Shown here: positions 1 to 10,070 of the stretch, in pieces
How positions within the stretch are numbered: the first letter of the stretch is position 1
Layout of the letters: each line of letters opens with the position of its first letter
Origin: an uncultured delta proteobacterium
Lineage (GTDB): Bacteria > Desulfobacterota > Binatia > Binatales > Binataceae
NCBI GenBank assembly: GCA_963711565.1
Contig: CAVQEQ010000004.1
Location: forward strand, 1,408,001-1,472,000
Reading direction: 5' to 3'
Length of the DNA: 64,000 bases
Notes under the pieces: generated by a model
Seen by the model: only the letters and a program-made list of their open reading frames with translations
What the model was told of the DNA's origin: nothing
Database searches by the model: none
Made by a program: the position numbers and the translations under genes

Positions 1-1199
1 TCCCCGCGTGGCCGGTCTTTGATGCCCGCGAACGCGCGCAACTTGAAGACGTCCTCACATCGTCAAGCTGGGGCGGCTATCCGAGCCCCAATCGCAAGGC
101 CACCGAGTTCGCCGCTGCATTCGCCGCGTACCAGGGCGCTCGCTTCGCCATCCCGACCACGTCCGGCACCAGCGCGCTCGAGGTCGCCCTCAAGGCACTC
201 GGCATCGGCGCCGGCGACGAGGTGATCGTTCCCGCGGTCACTTTCGCCGCGACGCCCTATGCCGCCGTCGCATGCATGGCGCGTCCGGTCTTCGCCAACG
301 TCAGCGCCACCAACGCATGCATCGATCCCGAATCCGTCGAGCGCCTCATCACGCGCCGCACCAAGGCCATCATCCCCGTCCACTACGGCGCGTCGCTAGC
401 CGATCTCGACGCACTCGCGGAAATTTCCCGCTCGCATTCGATTCCGCTCGTCGAGGATTGCGCTCACGTCCCCGGCGCCCAATTCCGCGCTCGCGGCGTC
501 GGCACTCACGGCGCGCTCGGATGCTTCAGTTTTCAATCCTCTAAGCCGATGACCGCGGGCGAAGGCGGAATGATCACGACCAACGATCCCGACCTCGAGC
601 AGCGATGCCAGTCGCTCATCAATTGCGGACGCCGCCGCCCGAGCGACGACTTCGAGGGCCCGCTGATGGGCGCGAACTACCGGATGACGGAATGGCAATG
701 CGGAATCCTGCTCGCGCAGCTCACGCGGCTGTCCGAGCAGATCGAGCACAAGAGCCGCGCCGCCGCCCGCCTGCGCGAAGGACTCGGCGCCATCAAGGGA
801 CTAAGTCCCGTCGCGCGCGATCCGCGCGTCACGCGCGAAACGATCTATGCATTCATTTTTCTCCTCGAGGAATCCGCGCTCGGCATCTCGCGCAATCGAT
901 TCGTCCGCGCACTTCGCGCCGAGGGCATCCCGGCCGGCGTCGCCAACGATCCCGTCTATCGCTCCGCGCTCTTCCCGCGCGAGTCCGCCGCCTATCGCAA
1001 AGCCTGCGAACTCGCCGGCGCAAACCCCGACAGCGCTGCGATCGATTGTCCCGTCGCCGAGCGCCTGTTCGAGCACGCGCTCGTCTCGATACCGCACGAA
1101 TGCCTCCTCGGCGACGACCGCGAGGTTGACGACATCATAGAGGCAGCCGCCAAGGTGGCTTCCAGAGCCAACGAACTCGCCGCAGCTAAACTCATATGA
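1..1199 (+). CDS. DegT/DnrJ/EryC1/StrS family PLP-dependent aminotransferase (5'-partial)
   Basis: Frame is open from position 3 (PAWPVFD...SGTSALEVAL...GDEVIVP), so the gene starts before the window. Motifs EDCAH and FSFQSSKPMTAGEGG (PLP lysine). Confidence 0.9.
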   Translation, partial: PAWPVFDARERAQLEDVLTSSSWGGYPSPNRKATEFAAAFAAYQGARFAIPTTSGTSALEVALKALGIGAGDEVIVPAVTFAATPYAAVACMARPVFANVSATNACIDPESVERLITRRTKAIIPVHYGASLADLDALAEISRSHSIPLVEDCAHVPGAQFRARGVGTHGALGCFSFQSSKPMTAGEGGMITTNDPDLEQRCQSLINCGRRRPSDDFEGPLMGANYRMTEWQCGILLAQLTRLSEQIEHKSRAAARLREGLGAIKGLSPVARDPRVTRETIYAFIFLLEESALGISRNRFVRALRAEGIPAGVANDPVYRSALFPRESAAYRKACELAGANPDSAAIDCPVAERLFEHALVSIPHECLLGDDREVDDIIEAAAKVASRANELAAAKLI

Positions 1200-2560
1200 G
1201 CCCAGTCTACGCCGGCGCCGCGCGCGTAAAGCTCGATCCTCCAGCCGGACTAGCGATGCTCGGTTACGGCAACCGCGTCGGCCGCAACGCCGGAGTTCAC
1301 GACGACCTCGCCGCGCAGGCGCTCGTGCTATCCGATGGCGCGAGCAAGGTCGCGATCGTTGGCGTTGACCTGCTCGCGCTCGGCGTTCGCATAGCCGACG
1401 ACATCCGCGAGCGCGTCGCCGCCAGCACCGACATCCCCGCCGATTCGATACTGGTTTGCGCGACGCACACTCATTCCGCGCCCGCCTTTAACATCTTCGC
1501 GACGCCGCGCGCCGACGCGAAGCCGGCCGAAGGCCGCGACCTCCAATGGGAACGCGCGTTGCCCGCGAAGATTGCGTCCGCGATCGTTCAGGCGAACGAA
1601 AACCTCGAGCCTGCAACGCTGCGCGCTGCCACTGCCCAGTTCGCGCTTGGAATCAATCGACGGCTGATACGCCCGCATCACCAGGTTCAAACCGCCGCAA
1701 ATCGTTCCGGCCCCGCCGACGCGGAAGTCCGCACACTCGGTGCGTATCGCCCGAACGGAACTCCAATCGCGTTCATCATGAACTATCCGTGCCACGGCGT
1801 CGTCCTGTGCGAAGACAATCTGCTTTACTCGCGCGATTGGCCCGGCTTCGCGATGGACGAAATCGAAAGCGTGAGCAGTTCCGCCGGCAGCCCACGCCCG
1901 CTTTCGATTTTCATTCAGGGCGCGACCGGCAACATCGATCCTCGCAGCCGCGGCAATTTCGATGTCGCCGAACAATACGGCCGCGCGATGGGCCGTGCAG
2001 CCTTCGACGCGCTCCAACAGACGCCCCCGATTGCCGACTCAGGAATTGCCACGCTCAGGATTCCGCTCAGACTCAAGCTTAAAGATATCAGCGCCGAACT
2101 CGCTCTTGCGCGCGATTGCGCCGCGCAGACCCAGGCCTCGCTCGACAACCATCGCGGCGGCGACGGCTACCAGTTAAAGCGCTTGCGCGATCATCATGCG
2201 CAGTCGCTCTCCGCCTTGGCCGCTCTGGAAGCCCTTGAGGAGCAAAACCGCCGCGACCGCCGCGTCAATATGGACCGCCGCGAACTCGCCGCCGCGATGA
2301 CGATCGTCACAGTCGGGAGTGTCGCGTTAGTCGGCATCCCCGGCGAACTCTTCGTCGAGCTCGGCCTGGCGATCAAAGCAAATCCGTACTTCGCGCATAC
2401 TTTCGTCGCCGGCTACTGCAACGATCTGATCGGCTACATCCCCACCCGCGCTGCCTACGCCGAGGGTGGCTACGAAGTCGATACATCGCGAATCGCACCC
2501 GGCTCCGGCGAGACGATCGTCGAGACCGCCCTCTCCGCTTTTGCCGCGATGCGTTCCTGA
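1196..2560 (+). CDS. Neutral/alkaline ceramidase N-terminal-domain-like amidohydrolase
   Basis: GVHDDL, ATHTHSAP, NYPCHG, QGATGNIDP, PGELF and GYIPT...GGYE motifs; ATGA overlap with the upstream gene. Confidence 0.75.
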   Translation: MSPVYAGAARVKLDPPAGLAMLGYGNRVGRNAGVHDDLAAQALVLSDGASKVAIVGVDLLALGVRIADDIRERVAASTDIPADSILVCATHTHSAPAFNIFATPRADAKPAEGRDLQWERALPAKIASAIVQANENLEPATLRAATAQFALGINRRLIRPHHQVQTAANRSGPADAEVRTLGAYRPNGTPIAFIMNYPCHGVVLCEDNLLYSRDWPGFAMDEIESVSSSAGSPRPLSIFIQGATGNIDPRSRGNFDVAEQYGRAMGRAAFDALQQTPPIADSGIATLRIPLRLKLKDISAELALARDCAAQTQASLDNHRGGDGYQLKRLRDHHAQSLSALAALEALEEQNRRDRRVNMDRRELAAAMTIVTVGSVALVGIPGELFVELGLAIKANPYFAHTFVAGYCNDLIGYIPTRAAYAEGGYEVDTSRIAPGSGETIVETALSAFAAMRS

Positions 2561-3271
2561 ATGCGTGAGATCCGGCATCGCGAGCTTGCCACGATGCTCG
2601 CGACCGGCGCGCAGATCGTCGACGTGCTGCGATATCACGAGTACAACTCCGCGCACATCCATGGCGCCATTCACATTCCGCTCGGCCACATCCTGCGCGA
2701 CGCGCCGATCACTCTCGACCGCACACGCCCCGTCATCGTCTACTGCCGCGATTGTTTGTGCGACTTGAGCGCGCGCGCCGCCGCGCAGCTCGAGCTGCTC
2801 GGCTTCACGGATGTCCGCCACTACTTCCGCGGCAAGGTCGATTGGATGGAACGCGGCTTGCCAATGTATCCGCCGGCGCTGCTCTCAGAGCGGGTGCGCG
2901 CGTTTCGCTATTTCGTGAACAACCTCGCGCCTGAGTTGCGGAAATTCTGGATTCACTACACCGACCGCGTCCGCGTCGCCGAGTTCATGCGCGACGACCT
3001 CGTCCGTCTGGGCCCCGAAGATTCCGTTCCGCCCGCCACACCCGCATCGCCAATGCCCCGCGCGGTGGTGCTGAATTCCGAGGGAATCCTGCTGGGCGCG
3101 ATCGAACAATCCGATTCCGCGCCGCGGTCACTGGCCGCAATGAATCCAGCCCCGCAAACAATCCGCCCCGACATGACCCCGCGCCTCGCCACGCAACTGC
3201 TAGTGTCGAATCGGCACCTGCTGGTAACAACCGCAATGGGCAAATATTTGGGCCGCTATTTGACGGCGTAG
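2561..3271 (+). CDS. Rhodanese-like domain protein with a degenerate CBS-like C-terminus
   Basis: IVDV...Y..AHIHGAIHIP, VIVYCRDCLCDLSARAA..L..LGF, and GKVDW...GLP; C-terminal MNPAPQTIRPD / LLVTT..G..LG. Confidence 0.75.
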   Translation: MREIRHRELATMLATGAQIVDVLRYHEYNSAHIHGAIHIPLGHILRDAPITLDRTRPVIVYCRDCLCDLSARAAAQLELLGFTDVRHYFRGKVDWMERGLPMYPPALLSERVRAFRYFVNNLAPELRKFWIHYTDRVRVAEFMRDDLVRLGPEDSVPPATPASPMPRAVVLNSEGILLGAIEQSDSAPRSLAAMNPAPQTIRPDMTPRLATQLLVSNRHLLVTTAMGKYLGRYLTA

Positions 3272-3284
3272 TCGCTGAGAATTG

Positions 3285-3432
3285 CCTCGCCCCACGAGGG
3301 GAAAGGCCGACGCTCGTCTTCAAGCGGCGGGTGAGGGACCGAATTTCCGGGATTCCGGATGTGCGGCGCAACAGACAATCGCGCCGCAGAGTTGTCCCTC
3401 ACCCTAACCCTCTCCCGACAAACGGGCGAGGG
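3285..3432. repeat. REP/REPIN-like composite palindromic element (CCCTCACC(C)TAACC...GGGCGAGGG family)
   Basis: GGGTGAGGGAC (3329-3339) is the exact reverse complement of GTCCCTCACCC (3394-3404). Internal hairpin TGCGGCGC/GCGCCGCA. Lies between convergent genes; related copies at 22448 and 54567. Confidence 0.7.
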
Positions 3433-3450
3433 CATCAGAAGGACACCGCG

Positions 3451-3954
3451 TTACCTCTCGATCACCCCATCCGCGGAGATATCCAGATGGTACGCGGCCT
3501 CGCGCGCGAGCTCTTCAGGCCGCGTGCGGTAGAACTCCACCTGAGGAACGCCGGGCAACGCCGCGATCGCGTCGCGCACTGCCACCGTCGTGAAACCGTG
3601 TCTCTCGAAGAACCCGGCGGCGTCCTTCGTGAACAGGTACAGATGACGCGCGCCGCGTGTGTGCGCAGCTTTGCGCGCCGCCGCGAGCAACGCGCCGCCG
3701 ATTCCGCGCCGGCGACTCGATTGATTCACGTACAGCGATCGTATCAGCGCCGCGTCGATCTTCGACTCGACGCCCACCACTCCCACCGCTTCATCGCCGA
3801 CGTACGCGACGATGTAACACGCGGCCGGCCACTCGATCCCGTCGGTAATCATCCCCGCCCGCGCGAGCATGTCGCGCACGAGCCCGAGATTTCGCGTCTG
3901 CTCGATTACGAGCTCGCCTGCGCGATGCTTGCGTATCGCCATGCCGCGGTCCAC
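3451..3954 (-). CDS. GNAT family N-acetyltransferase (ArsN2/ArgA-like)
   Basis: LIRSLYV....RRRGIG..L and YLFT..AAGFFERHGF motifs. Confidence 0.85.
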   Translation of the reverse strand: MDRGMAIRKHRAGELVIEQTRNLGLVRDMLARAGMITDGIEWPAACYIVAYVGDEAVGVVGVESKIDAALIRSLYVNQSSRRRGIGGALLAAARKAAHTRGARHLYLFTKDAAGFFERHGFTTVAVRDAIAALPGVPQVEFYRTRPEELAREAAYHLDISADGVIER

Positions 3955-3957
3955 GAC

Positions 3958-4188
3958 CTACTTCTTCGGCGGCGGGAAGAGCTGCACGCCCGCTTCGTCC
4001 ACGACCGTGATTGCCTTGACCGGACACGAGCGCGCCGCCGAAACGATTATCGAGTCGCCGGCGCCCGTCGCGTTGACGACCTCGGACTTGCCCTCCGCGT
4101 CGAGCTGAAACACAGCCGGCGCTGTCTCCACGCAGTCGCCGCTGCCGATGCAACGAACCTTGTTCACCGTGATCGAAAGCTTCGCCAT
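3958..4188 (-). CDS. Monocluster ferredoxin, probably [3Fe-4S]
   Basis: CIGSGDC...AP.VF...AARSCPVKAI (CxxSxxC...CP); GGAGG ribosome binding site before ATG 4188. Confidence 0.85.
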   Translation of the reverse strand: MAKLSITVNKVRCIGSGDCVETAPAVFQLDAEGKSEVVNATGAGDSIIVSAARSCPVKAITVVDEAGVQLFPPPKK

Positions 4189-4278
4189 CGTTACCTCCAC
4201 AATTCTGAATGAACAATAGAATCCGCACCGCGCGCGCGCAATTGAATCCGCACGCGGCGCGGCTGATACTCATTCGCG

Positions 4279-4671
4279 ATGAGCCAAATCGCAGGCACCG
4301 GAATCAACGTCATCGAAGTCGATCGCATCGAGCGCGCGCTCACGCGCCCCGCCACGGGCGAGCGCTTTCGCGCCCGCGTCTTCACCGCCGGCGAGGTGAA
4401 ATACTGCGAGTCGCGCGGCCGTCCCCGCTATCAGAGCTACGCCGCGCGGTTCGCCGCCAAGGAAGCGACGATGAAAGCGCTCGGCACCGGCTGGAATCGC
4501 AACGTCGGATGGGGCGAAATCGAAGTCGTACGCGAGCGCGGCAAGGCTCCAACGATCGCGCTATCGGGCAAGGCCGCCGCCTTCGCGCGGCGCAAACAGA
4601 TCACGCGCTTTCACCTCAGCATCACGCATACGGCCGCCCAGGCGATCGCCCACGTAATCGCCGAATCCTGA
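4279..4671 (+). CDS. acpS: Holo-[acyl-carrier-protein] synthase
   Basis: GTGINVIEVDRI, AARFAAKEATMKALGTG and HLSITH motifs. Confidence 0.92.
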   Translation: MSQIAGTGINVIEVDRIERALTRPATGERFRARVFTAGEVKYCESRGRPRYQSYAARFAAKEATMKALGTGWNRNVGWGEIEVVRERGKAPTIALSGKAAAFARRKQITRFHLSITHTAAQAIAHVIAES

Positions 4672-4681
4672 TCGCTGTCCT

Positions 4682-4966
4682 TCAAAACAGCTTGGGCCAC
4701 TTCATCGCGCCGTGAAGAACACGCAGCACTGTCACGCTATCGCCCCGATGAAGGTATGCAACGACGTAGGGAAGTCCCGCGATTACCAGCTCGCGCGTGC
4801 CCTGGACGCGACCCGGTCGCCCGATACCCGGGTGTTCGGTTAACATCTCAACCAGCCGAATTATTTCAAGTACGGTTTCGATCGCCGCGCCGGGATTGTC
4901 ACGGCTTATGAATTGCTCGACTGAATCGAGGTCGCGGTCAGCGGCGGGCGTCCACTCTAGCCGCAC
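4682..4966 (-). CDS. Type II TA toxin, RelE/ParE family
   Basis: WTPAADRDL...HPGIGRPGRVQGTRELV...PYVVAY...VLRVLHGAMKWP. Confidence 0.88.
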   Translation of the reverse strand: MRLEWTPAADRDLDSVEQFISRDNPGAAIETVLEIIRLVEMLTEHPGIGRPGRVQGTRELVIAGLPYVVAYLHRGDSVTVLRVLHGAMKWPKLF

Positions 4967-5198
4967 GCTTGCGCTCCCACCGCTTCACCACCGTCTTGTG
5001 TTCCACGACATGACCGGCTTCGGCTTCCTTGAGCGCCTGCTTGACCTCGCCCACGAACCATTCTTCGTAGTCGAGGTAGCGTTCGACCGCGTGGTTTATC
5101 ACCCATGCCCTTGAACGGCTCATTGCATTGGCGAGACCATCGACGCGTTTGAGCGTCCGGCTCTCCATACGGACCGTGGTTGTCTTCTCAACGCCCAT
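4938..5198 (-). CDS. Type II TA antitoxin, CopG/ribbon-helix-helix family
   Basis: TTVRM....KRVDGLA....RSRAWVINHAVERYLDYEEW; overlaps the toxin gene; start placed at ATG 5198. Confidence 0.85.
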   Translation of the reverse strand: MGVEKTTTVRMESRTLKRVDGLANAMSRSRAWVINHAVERYLDYEEWFVGEVKQALKEAEAGHVVEHKTVVKRWERKRAARVDARR

Positions 5199-5267
5199 AT
5201 TCAAAGAGAATACATCCGGATATGCTCGATCGGCAACCCTGAAGTTCGAGGACAAGGGACGCGAGGC

Positions 5268-6686
5268 TTACTTCGCGGGCGCCGGCGCCGACGCGCCCGG
5301 AGCGTTGGCCATGTACAACGGCGCGGGCCGGTTGAGCTGCTCGAAAATGAACTCGCTCAATGAGTACACCGCTTTGCTGCCGCTCGAAGTCGCGTAGTAT
5401 TCCGCCCGCTGCGGCGGCTCGCCCGGGGCCGGCGGCGCCGTCTCCTTGACGCTGATCTTCGCGAGCTTGACCGCGCCGAGTTCTTTGCCGTCCTTGCCGA
5501 TGAGCGTGATTTCGAGCGTAGGATTATCAAGCCCGAATGGCTGCGCACTCGGCATCGGATCGGCGACGATCGACTGTCCTTTCAGATCGCGGAACTGATT
5601 AAGCAGCCGCTCGACGACCGGGATATCGCCGTCCGAGGTCTTGCCGCCGACAGTCACGCTCCACTTCCCGGCGGGCGCGCGCTTGAGCGTGAACTCGCCG
5701 TCGCTGTTCTTGACCTTGACCGTATCAACCGCCTCGGGATCGACCTTCACTATCGTCTTGTCGCGAAAATCCAGCGGCGATTTGTCCAGGCTGGTCATGA
5801 GGTACTCGGCGACGGCGTAAACCGGCGTGCGCTCTCCGCGACGCACATAAATCCCGCTCTTGCCCTCGCCGCTCTGCTTGAATCCGAACAGCATCGATTG
5901 CTGCTCGCCGCTCTTGAGCACCACCGTCGCCGTCAGATGCGGTTTTTCAAGGCCGTATTGATTGACGTTGCTCGGCGCATCGGACACGAAGTCGGACGCC
6001 CGCGCATTCACCAGCGTGCCGAGCGCCATTCGTACCGCAGTGTCATCGGCCGGCGACGGCGCGGGCTTGACGATCTTCCAATGGTCGCCGTCGCGATCGA
6101 TTTCAACCGCCGGACCGTTGTCGCGCGCGATGATCAGTTTCTGAACGTCGTCGAGCTTGAACGCCATCAGGTCGCGGTCGCGCAAATCGTTGACCGTCTT
6201 GTTCATTCCGGACGAGAACGCGCCTTCCGTCAGCAGCACCGCCGGACTGTTCGAGAGCCGGACGTAAGCGTTGAAGCCAATCGGCGTCGATTTCCCGACT
6301 TCGATCGACGGCAATGTTTTCTTGTCGAAGGTCGTTACTGTGATGGTCGTGGTCGGCGGCTTGAGTCCGAATGGCGTCAGGTCCGCCGGCTGGTCATCGA
6401 CGGTGCGGACCAGGACGCCGTCGGCGATCGCGCGCGCAAGGTTGTTGGCTTGCATCTGGTCAGCATCGGCGCCGATTGGCTTTACGATCCGCCAGGGCTT
6501 GCCCTGGTCGCGCTCGATCACGATATCGCGGTCGGAATACTTGAGTTCAATCTTCGCGATATCGTCCGGCTTGACGTTGATCAGTTTCGCCTGCGCCTCG
6601 GTCTGCGAGTAATGGCTGACGACAAAGGCGTAGCCGCCGACAATCGCGAACAGGACCAGCACGATAATGGTGTTGCGCAGCCGCAT
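5268..6686 (-). CDS. DUF4340 domain membrane-anchored protein (Gld-like ABC system accessory)
   Basis: N-terminal TM helix; three repeated W.I..P...AD / FGL..P modules; last gene of the ABC-GldG operon. Confidence 0.8.
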   Translation of the reverse strand: MRLRNTIIVLVLFAIVGGYAFVVSHYSQTEAQAKLINVKPDDIAKIELKYSDRDIVIERDQGKPWRIVKPIGADADQMQANNLARAIADGVLVRTVDDQPADLTPFGLKPPTTTITVTTFDKKTLPSIEVGKSTPIGFNAYVRLSNSPAVLLTEGAFSSGMNKTVNDLRDRDLMAFKLDDVQKLIIARDNGPAVEIDRDGDHWKIVKPAPSPADDTAVRMALGTLVNARASDFVSDAPSNVNQYGLEKPHLTATVVLKSGEQQSMLFGFKQSGEGKSGIYVRRGERTPVYAVAEYLMTSLDKSPLDFRDKTIVKVDPEAVDTVKVKNSDGEFTLKRAPAGKWSVTVGGKTSDGDIPVVERLLNQFRDLKGQSIVADPMPSAQPFGLDNPTLEITLIGKDGKELGAVKLAKISVKETAPPAPGEPPQRAEYYATSSGSKAVYSLSEFIFEQLNRPAPLYMANAPGASAPAPAK

Positions 6687-6715
6687 CGGAACTCAAGTCG
6701 TAGTCGGATGACGCC

Positions 6716-8284
6716 TCAGTTGCGCCGTTCCCACCACACCACGATCCCGGCAATCAGCAGCAACTCGGGGAGCAATAGCACTGCGAACGCGAACACGATC
6801 GAGAACTGCCCTTCAGTCAGGCGAAAGCGTGAGGCGCGAATCGAGCGCGGCCTGATCGAGATCGAGTTTTCCTCGCCGGTCAGCCAGTCGGCGCTGTTGA
6901 CGAAAAAGTCGCGGTTGAAGAACTGCGTCACATTCTGATTGTCGGCGAAGTCGGTGCTGCCATAGACCACGATTCTCGCGTCGCCCTTGCCCCAGCCGAG
7001 CTGCTCTAGGTTGCCGTCCACCGCCATCACGACGTTAATCGGCCCGCGCATGTCCTTGGCTGTGAGTTCAGCCTTCTGCTGCCGGAACAAAGTGTCGAGA
7101 TCGACCTCCGCCCAGGACGTATCGCTGGTCATCGCGATCGGAGTGACGGTCAGTCCCGTTTTCAGATTGGGTTCGGCGGTCAGCGACCGCGTCATCGGGA
7201 ACACGGTGCGCTGCTTGAAGTCCTTGGTAATCGGATGGTCGCCGTAGTTCTGCACGATCGGATTGAGACCCAGCGCGGGACCCTCGAACAGCCGCACCAC
7301 CTGGTCCACCACGATATCGTTGCCGACCTTGACACCCCAGTCGGCCGCCAGTTTCACCATCGCGTCTTCGTCGATTGGATTGTCGGGACGTTGCGGCCGG
7401 TACATCGCAATCATGCGCCCGCCATGCTTCAGGTAATCGTTCAACGCATCGATCTCATGCTGGCCGATCGGCTTGATCGGTCCCGCGACCACGACCAGGT
7501 TCACGTCATCGGGCACCTTCGGCAGTTGCGCGAGCTCGAGCTTGCGGACCTCGTAGCCCTCGCCTTCGAGATCCTTTTTGATAATGCCGTAGCCTTCGGC
7601 CTGTCCTTCGTCCTGGTCGGGATCCGCCTCGCCATGCCCGTCGAGGAATTCGATTACCTTCTTCGTGCTCCTTGTCGCGCGGATGATCGCGTTGGTCAGC
7701 GATTCCTCGGTGAGATCGGTGACGTTGGTGCCTTCGCCGCTATCGGCGCCGCCGTATTGCAGATGCGTGGTGCCCATCACCGACACCTTGAAACGCTCGG
7801 CGAGTTCGGGATGCTTGTCGGGATCGACCATCTCGTAAGTCAGTTTGGGCGAGTAATACGAAAACGTCTCGTAGAGTTCGCGCGCGGCGGGATTCTCGCC
7901 GCCCTGGAAGAAGCCGTACAACTTGAGAGGCTTCTGCAGATCCTTGACCACGTTGATCGACTGGCTCGACAGGCTGTAAACCTTCTCGGCCGTCAGGTCG
8001 AGCCGCGTGTGATGGAGCGACGAGATGTAGTTAATCGCGATCAGCAACCCGATGAACGCGATCGAGTAGACGGCGGCATTGGCGCCGTAACGCGCCGAGC
8101 GGCCCGTGGTGATCGATGAAAGCTCGGATCGGCTCGAGGTGATCCAGAGAACGATCGCGAAGATGCCGCCGGCGAGATTGACCCACACGAACAGCCGAAA
8201 GCCGCTCGAGATAAAATAGTCAACCAGCCCGAACGAGAGCAGAACCAGGCCGAGAATTCCGTAAAGAGCCGCCGATCGCCGCAT
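6716..8284 (-). CDS. GldG-family ABC transporter auxiliary component
   Basis: LDLTAEKVYSLSSQS, FLDGHGE, VVAGP and FNRDFFVNSADWL motifs; C-terminal TM helix ending WWERR. Confidence 0.85.
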   Translation of the reverse strand: MRRSAALYGILGLVLLSFGLVDYFISSGFRLFVWVNLAGGIFAIVLWITSSRSELSSITTGRSARYGANAAVYSIAFIGLLIAINYISSLHHTRLDLTAEKVYSLSSQSINVVKDLQKPLKLYGFFQGGENPAARELYETFSYYSPKLTYEMVDPDKHPELAERFKVSVMGTTHLQYGGADSGEGTNVTDLTEESLTNAIIRATRSTKKVIEFLDGHGEADPDQDEGQAEGYGIIKKDLEGEGYEVRKLELAQLPKVPDDVNLVVVAGPIKPIGQHEIDALNDYLKHGGRMIAMYRPQRPDNPIDEDAMVKLAADWGVKVGNDIVVDQVVRLFEGPALGLNPIVQNYGDHPITKDFKQRTVFPMTRSLTAEPNLKTGLTVTPIAMTSDTSWAEVDLDTLFRQQKAELTAKDMRGPINVVMAVDGNLEQLGWGKGDARIVVYGSTDFADNQNVTQFFNRDFFVNSADWLTGEENSISIRPRSIRASRFRLTEGQFSIVFAFAVLLLPELLLIAGIVVWWERRN

Positions 8285-8297
8285 CCGCCCCTCTACC

Positions 8298-9071
8298 TTA
8301 CCGCCAGCGTGCTGACTCGACCGAACGTTGGGTCAAGAACAGCGCCACGAAGATGAGACTCAGGAAATAGACAATGTCGCGCGTGTCGATGATGCCGGTG
8401 ACCATCTGCGCGAAATGATCCGGCAGCGAGAGATAGCGCAGCAAATCGGAGAACGACGACCCGCCCGCCTGCGCCGGCCACGATATGACGAACAGCAGCA
8501 GCAGCAGGCCGAAGCAACTGATCGCCGCGATGATTTGATTCTGCGTGAGCGAGCTGGTGAACAGTCCGATCGATACGAACGAGATCGCAAGGAACGCCAG
8601 CCCGAGATAGCCGGAGAACATCACGCCGACCTCGGGATTGCCGAAGGCTACGAGGATCAACGGAAACATCCCGGCCAGCCCGATCATGATCAGCATGAAG
8701 GCCGATGCCGCGATGAACTTGCCGGCGACGATCTCGCCGGTGCGAATCGGCGCAGTCAACAAAAGTTCGTAGGTGCCGCTCCGCTTCTCTTCGGCAAAAC
8801 TTCGCATCGTGATCGCCGGCACCAGGATAACGAGCACGATCGCGAGATTGTGCAGCATCGGCTCGATTACGCGCTCGTTGAGATTGAGTTTCTGCAGCAC
8901 CTCGGGATTCTGCATCGCAGCATAGGCGGTGAGTGTCACTTCGAAGTAACGCAGCAGCGCGAAGAAGAAGAACCCGCCCAGTAGCAGGAACACCGTCATC
9001 ACGACGTAGGCGACCGGCTGCAGAAAATAGCCAGCGAGCTCCTTGCCCGCGATTGTCAGAGAATTTTTCAT
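8298..9071 (-). CDS. ABC-2 type permease (GldF-like)
   Basis: KEL..YF..P.AY, PAITMRSFAEEKRSGT.ELLLT.P and SSLTQNQIIAA motifs. Confidence 0.88.
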   Translation of the reverse strand: MKNSLTIAGKELAGYFLQPVAYVVMTVFLLLGGFFFFALLRYFEVTLTAYAAMQNPEVLQKLNLNERVIEPMLHNLAIVLVILVPAITMRSFAEEKRSGTYELLLTAPIRTGEIVAGKFIAASAFMLIMIGLAGMFPLILVAFGNPEVGVMFSGYLGLAFLAISFVSIGLFTSSLTQNQIIAAISCFGLLLLLFVISWPAQAGGSSFSDLLRYLSLPDHFAQMVTGIIDTRDIVYFLSLIFVALFLTQRSVESARWR

Positions 9072-9089
9072 TCGAGCGATACGGGTCGT

Positions 9090-9857
9090 CTAGGTATGCC
9101 CCGCTCCAACCTCCTCCAGCTTTTCCTCGGCGGTCGCACCGTCCTCATGGTGCTCCTTGGTGATCGCAGTCAGGAAAATATCTTCGAGCGAAGTCCCGGC
9201 CGGCAGCTTCTTCAGGTATTCCTCGAGCACCACTCGGCCATCGGCAATGATCACGACCTTATCGCAGATCTGCGAAACCTCGGGCAGGATGTGCGTCGAG
9301 AGCACGACCGTCCGGTTGCCCGAGAGATTGTGAATCAGCCCGCGAATTTCGTGAATCTGGCGCGGGTCGAGGCCGATCGTCGGCTCGTCGAGCACCAGCA
9401 CCGGCGGATCGTGAATCAACGCCTGCGCCAGCCCGACGCGCTGCCGATAGCCCTTGGAGAGCTGTCCGCAAATTCGATGCGCCATATCGGTCAGGCCGCA
9501 AACATCGAGCACGTGCTCGAGCGCCGACTCGATCTTCGCGCGCGGCACGTCGCGCAATTTCGCGACGAACCGCAGATAGGCCTCGACGCGCATGTCGGGA
9601 TAGAGCGGCGGGTTTTCCGGCAGGTAGCCGATTTTGCGGCGTGCCTCGAGCGACTGCGAAAAAATATCGAGCCCGTCAATCAGCACGGTGCCCGCGCTCG
9701 CCGGCATGTACCCGGTGATGATGCGCATCGTGGTGGTCTTGCCGGCGCCGTTGGGCCCGAGAAAGCCGAGGATCGAACCGTTCTCGGCTTTGAACGATAC
9801 GTCTTTTACCGCGACAAAGTTGCCGTAGGCTTTAGTTAGGTTTTTAACCTCAATCAT
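9090..9857 (-). CDS. ABC transporter ATP-binding protein (GldA-like)
   Basis: Walker A GPNGAGKTT, signature LSKGYRQR, Walker B VLVLDEP. Confidence 0.93.
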   Translation of the reverse strand: MIEVKNLTKAYGNFVAVKDVSFKAENGSILGFLGPNGAGKTTTMRIITGYMPASAGTVLIDGLDIFSQSLEARRKIGYLPENPPLYPDMRVEAYLRFVAKLRDVPRAKIESALEHVLDVCGLTDMAHRICGQLSKGYRQRVGLAQALIHDPPVLVLDEPTIGLDPRQIHEIRGLIHNLSGNRTVVLSTHILPEVSQICDKVVIIADGRVVLEEYLKKLPAGTSLEDIFLTAITKEHHEDGATAEEKLEEVGAGHT

Positions 9858-10070
9858 TCAGGTCGTCCGATCCCAGAGCCAGCGTGATGTCGCGGCTGGT
9901 CCAATCAAATTGACGAAGGAACCAGCACGGCAATTCGATCGATCACAAGGCAACCGACTAATTAAACATGCCACGCCAAACTGTCAATACGACGATCTGG
10001 TGTCGGACAAAAGCTTCGGTTTGCTTTTCGATGCTTTTGCTTTGCGAACTGTATCGGATAGTTTCGAGCT

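Noticed and set aside
4682-5267. TA pairs (here and at 38028-38678) as markers of a prophage or genomic island
   Set aside because: No integrase, att-like repeats or phage genes; they are solitary insertions among core genes.
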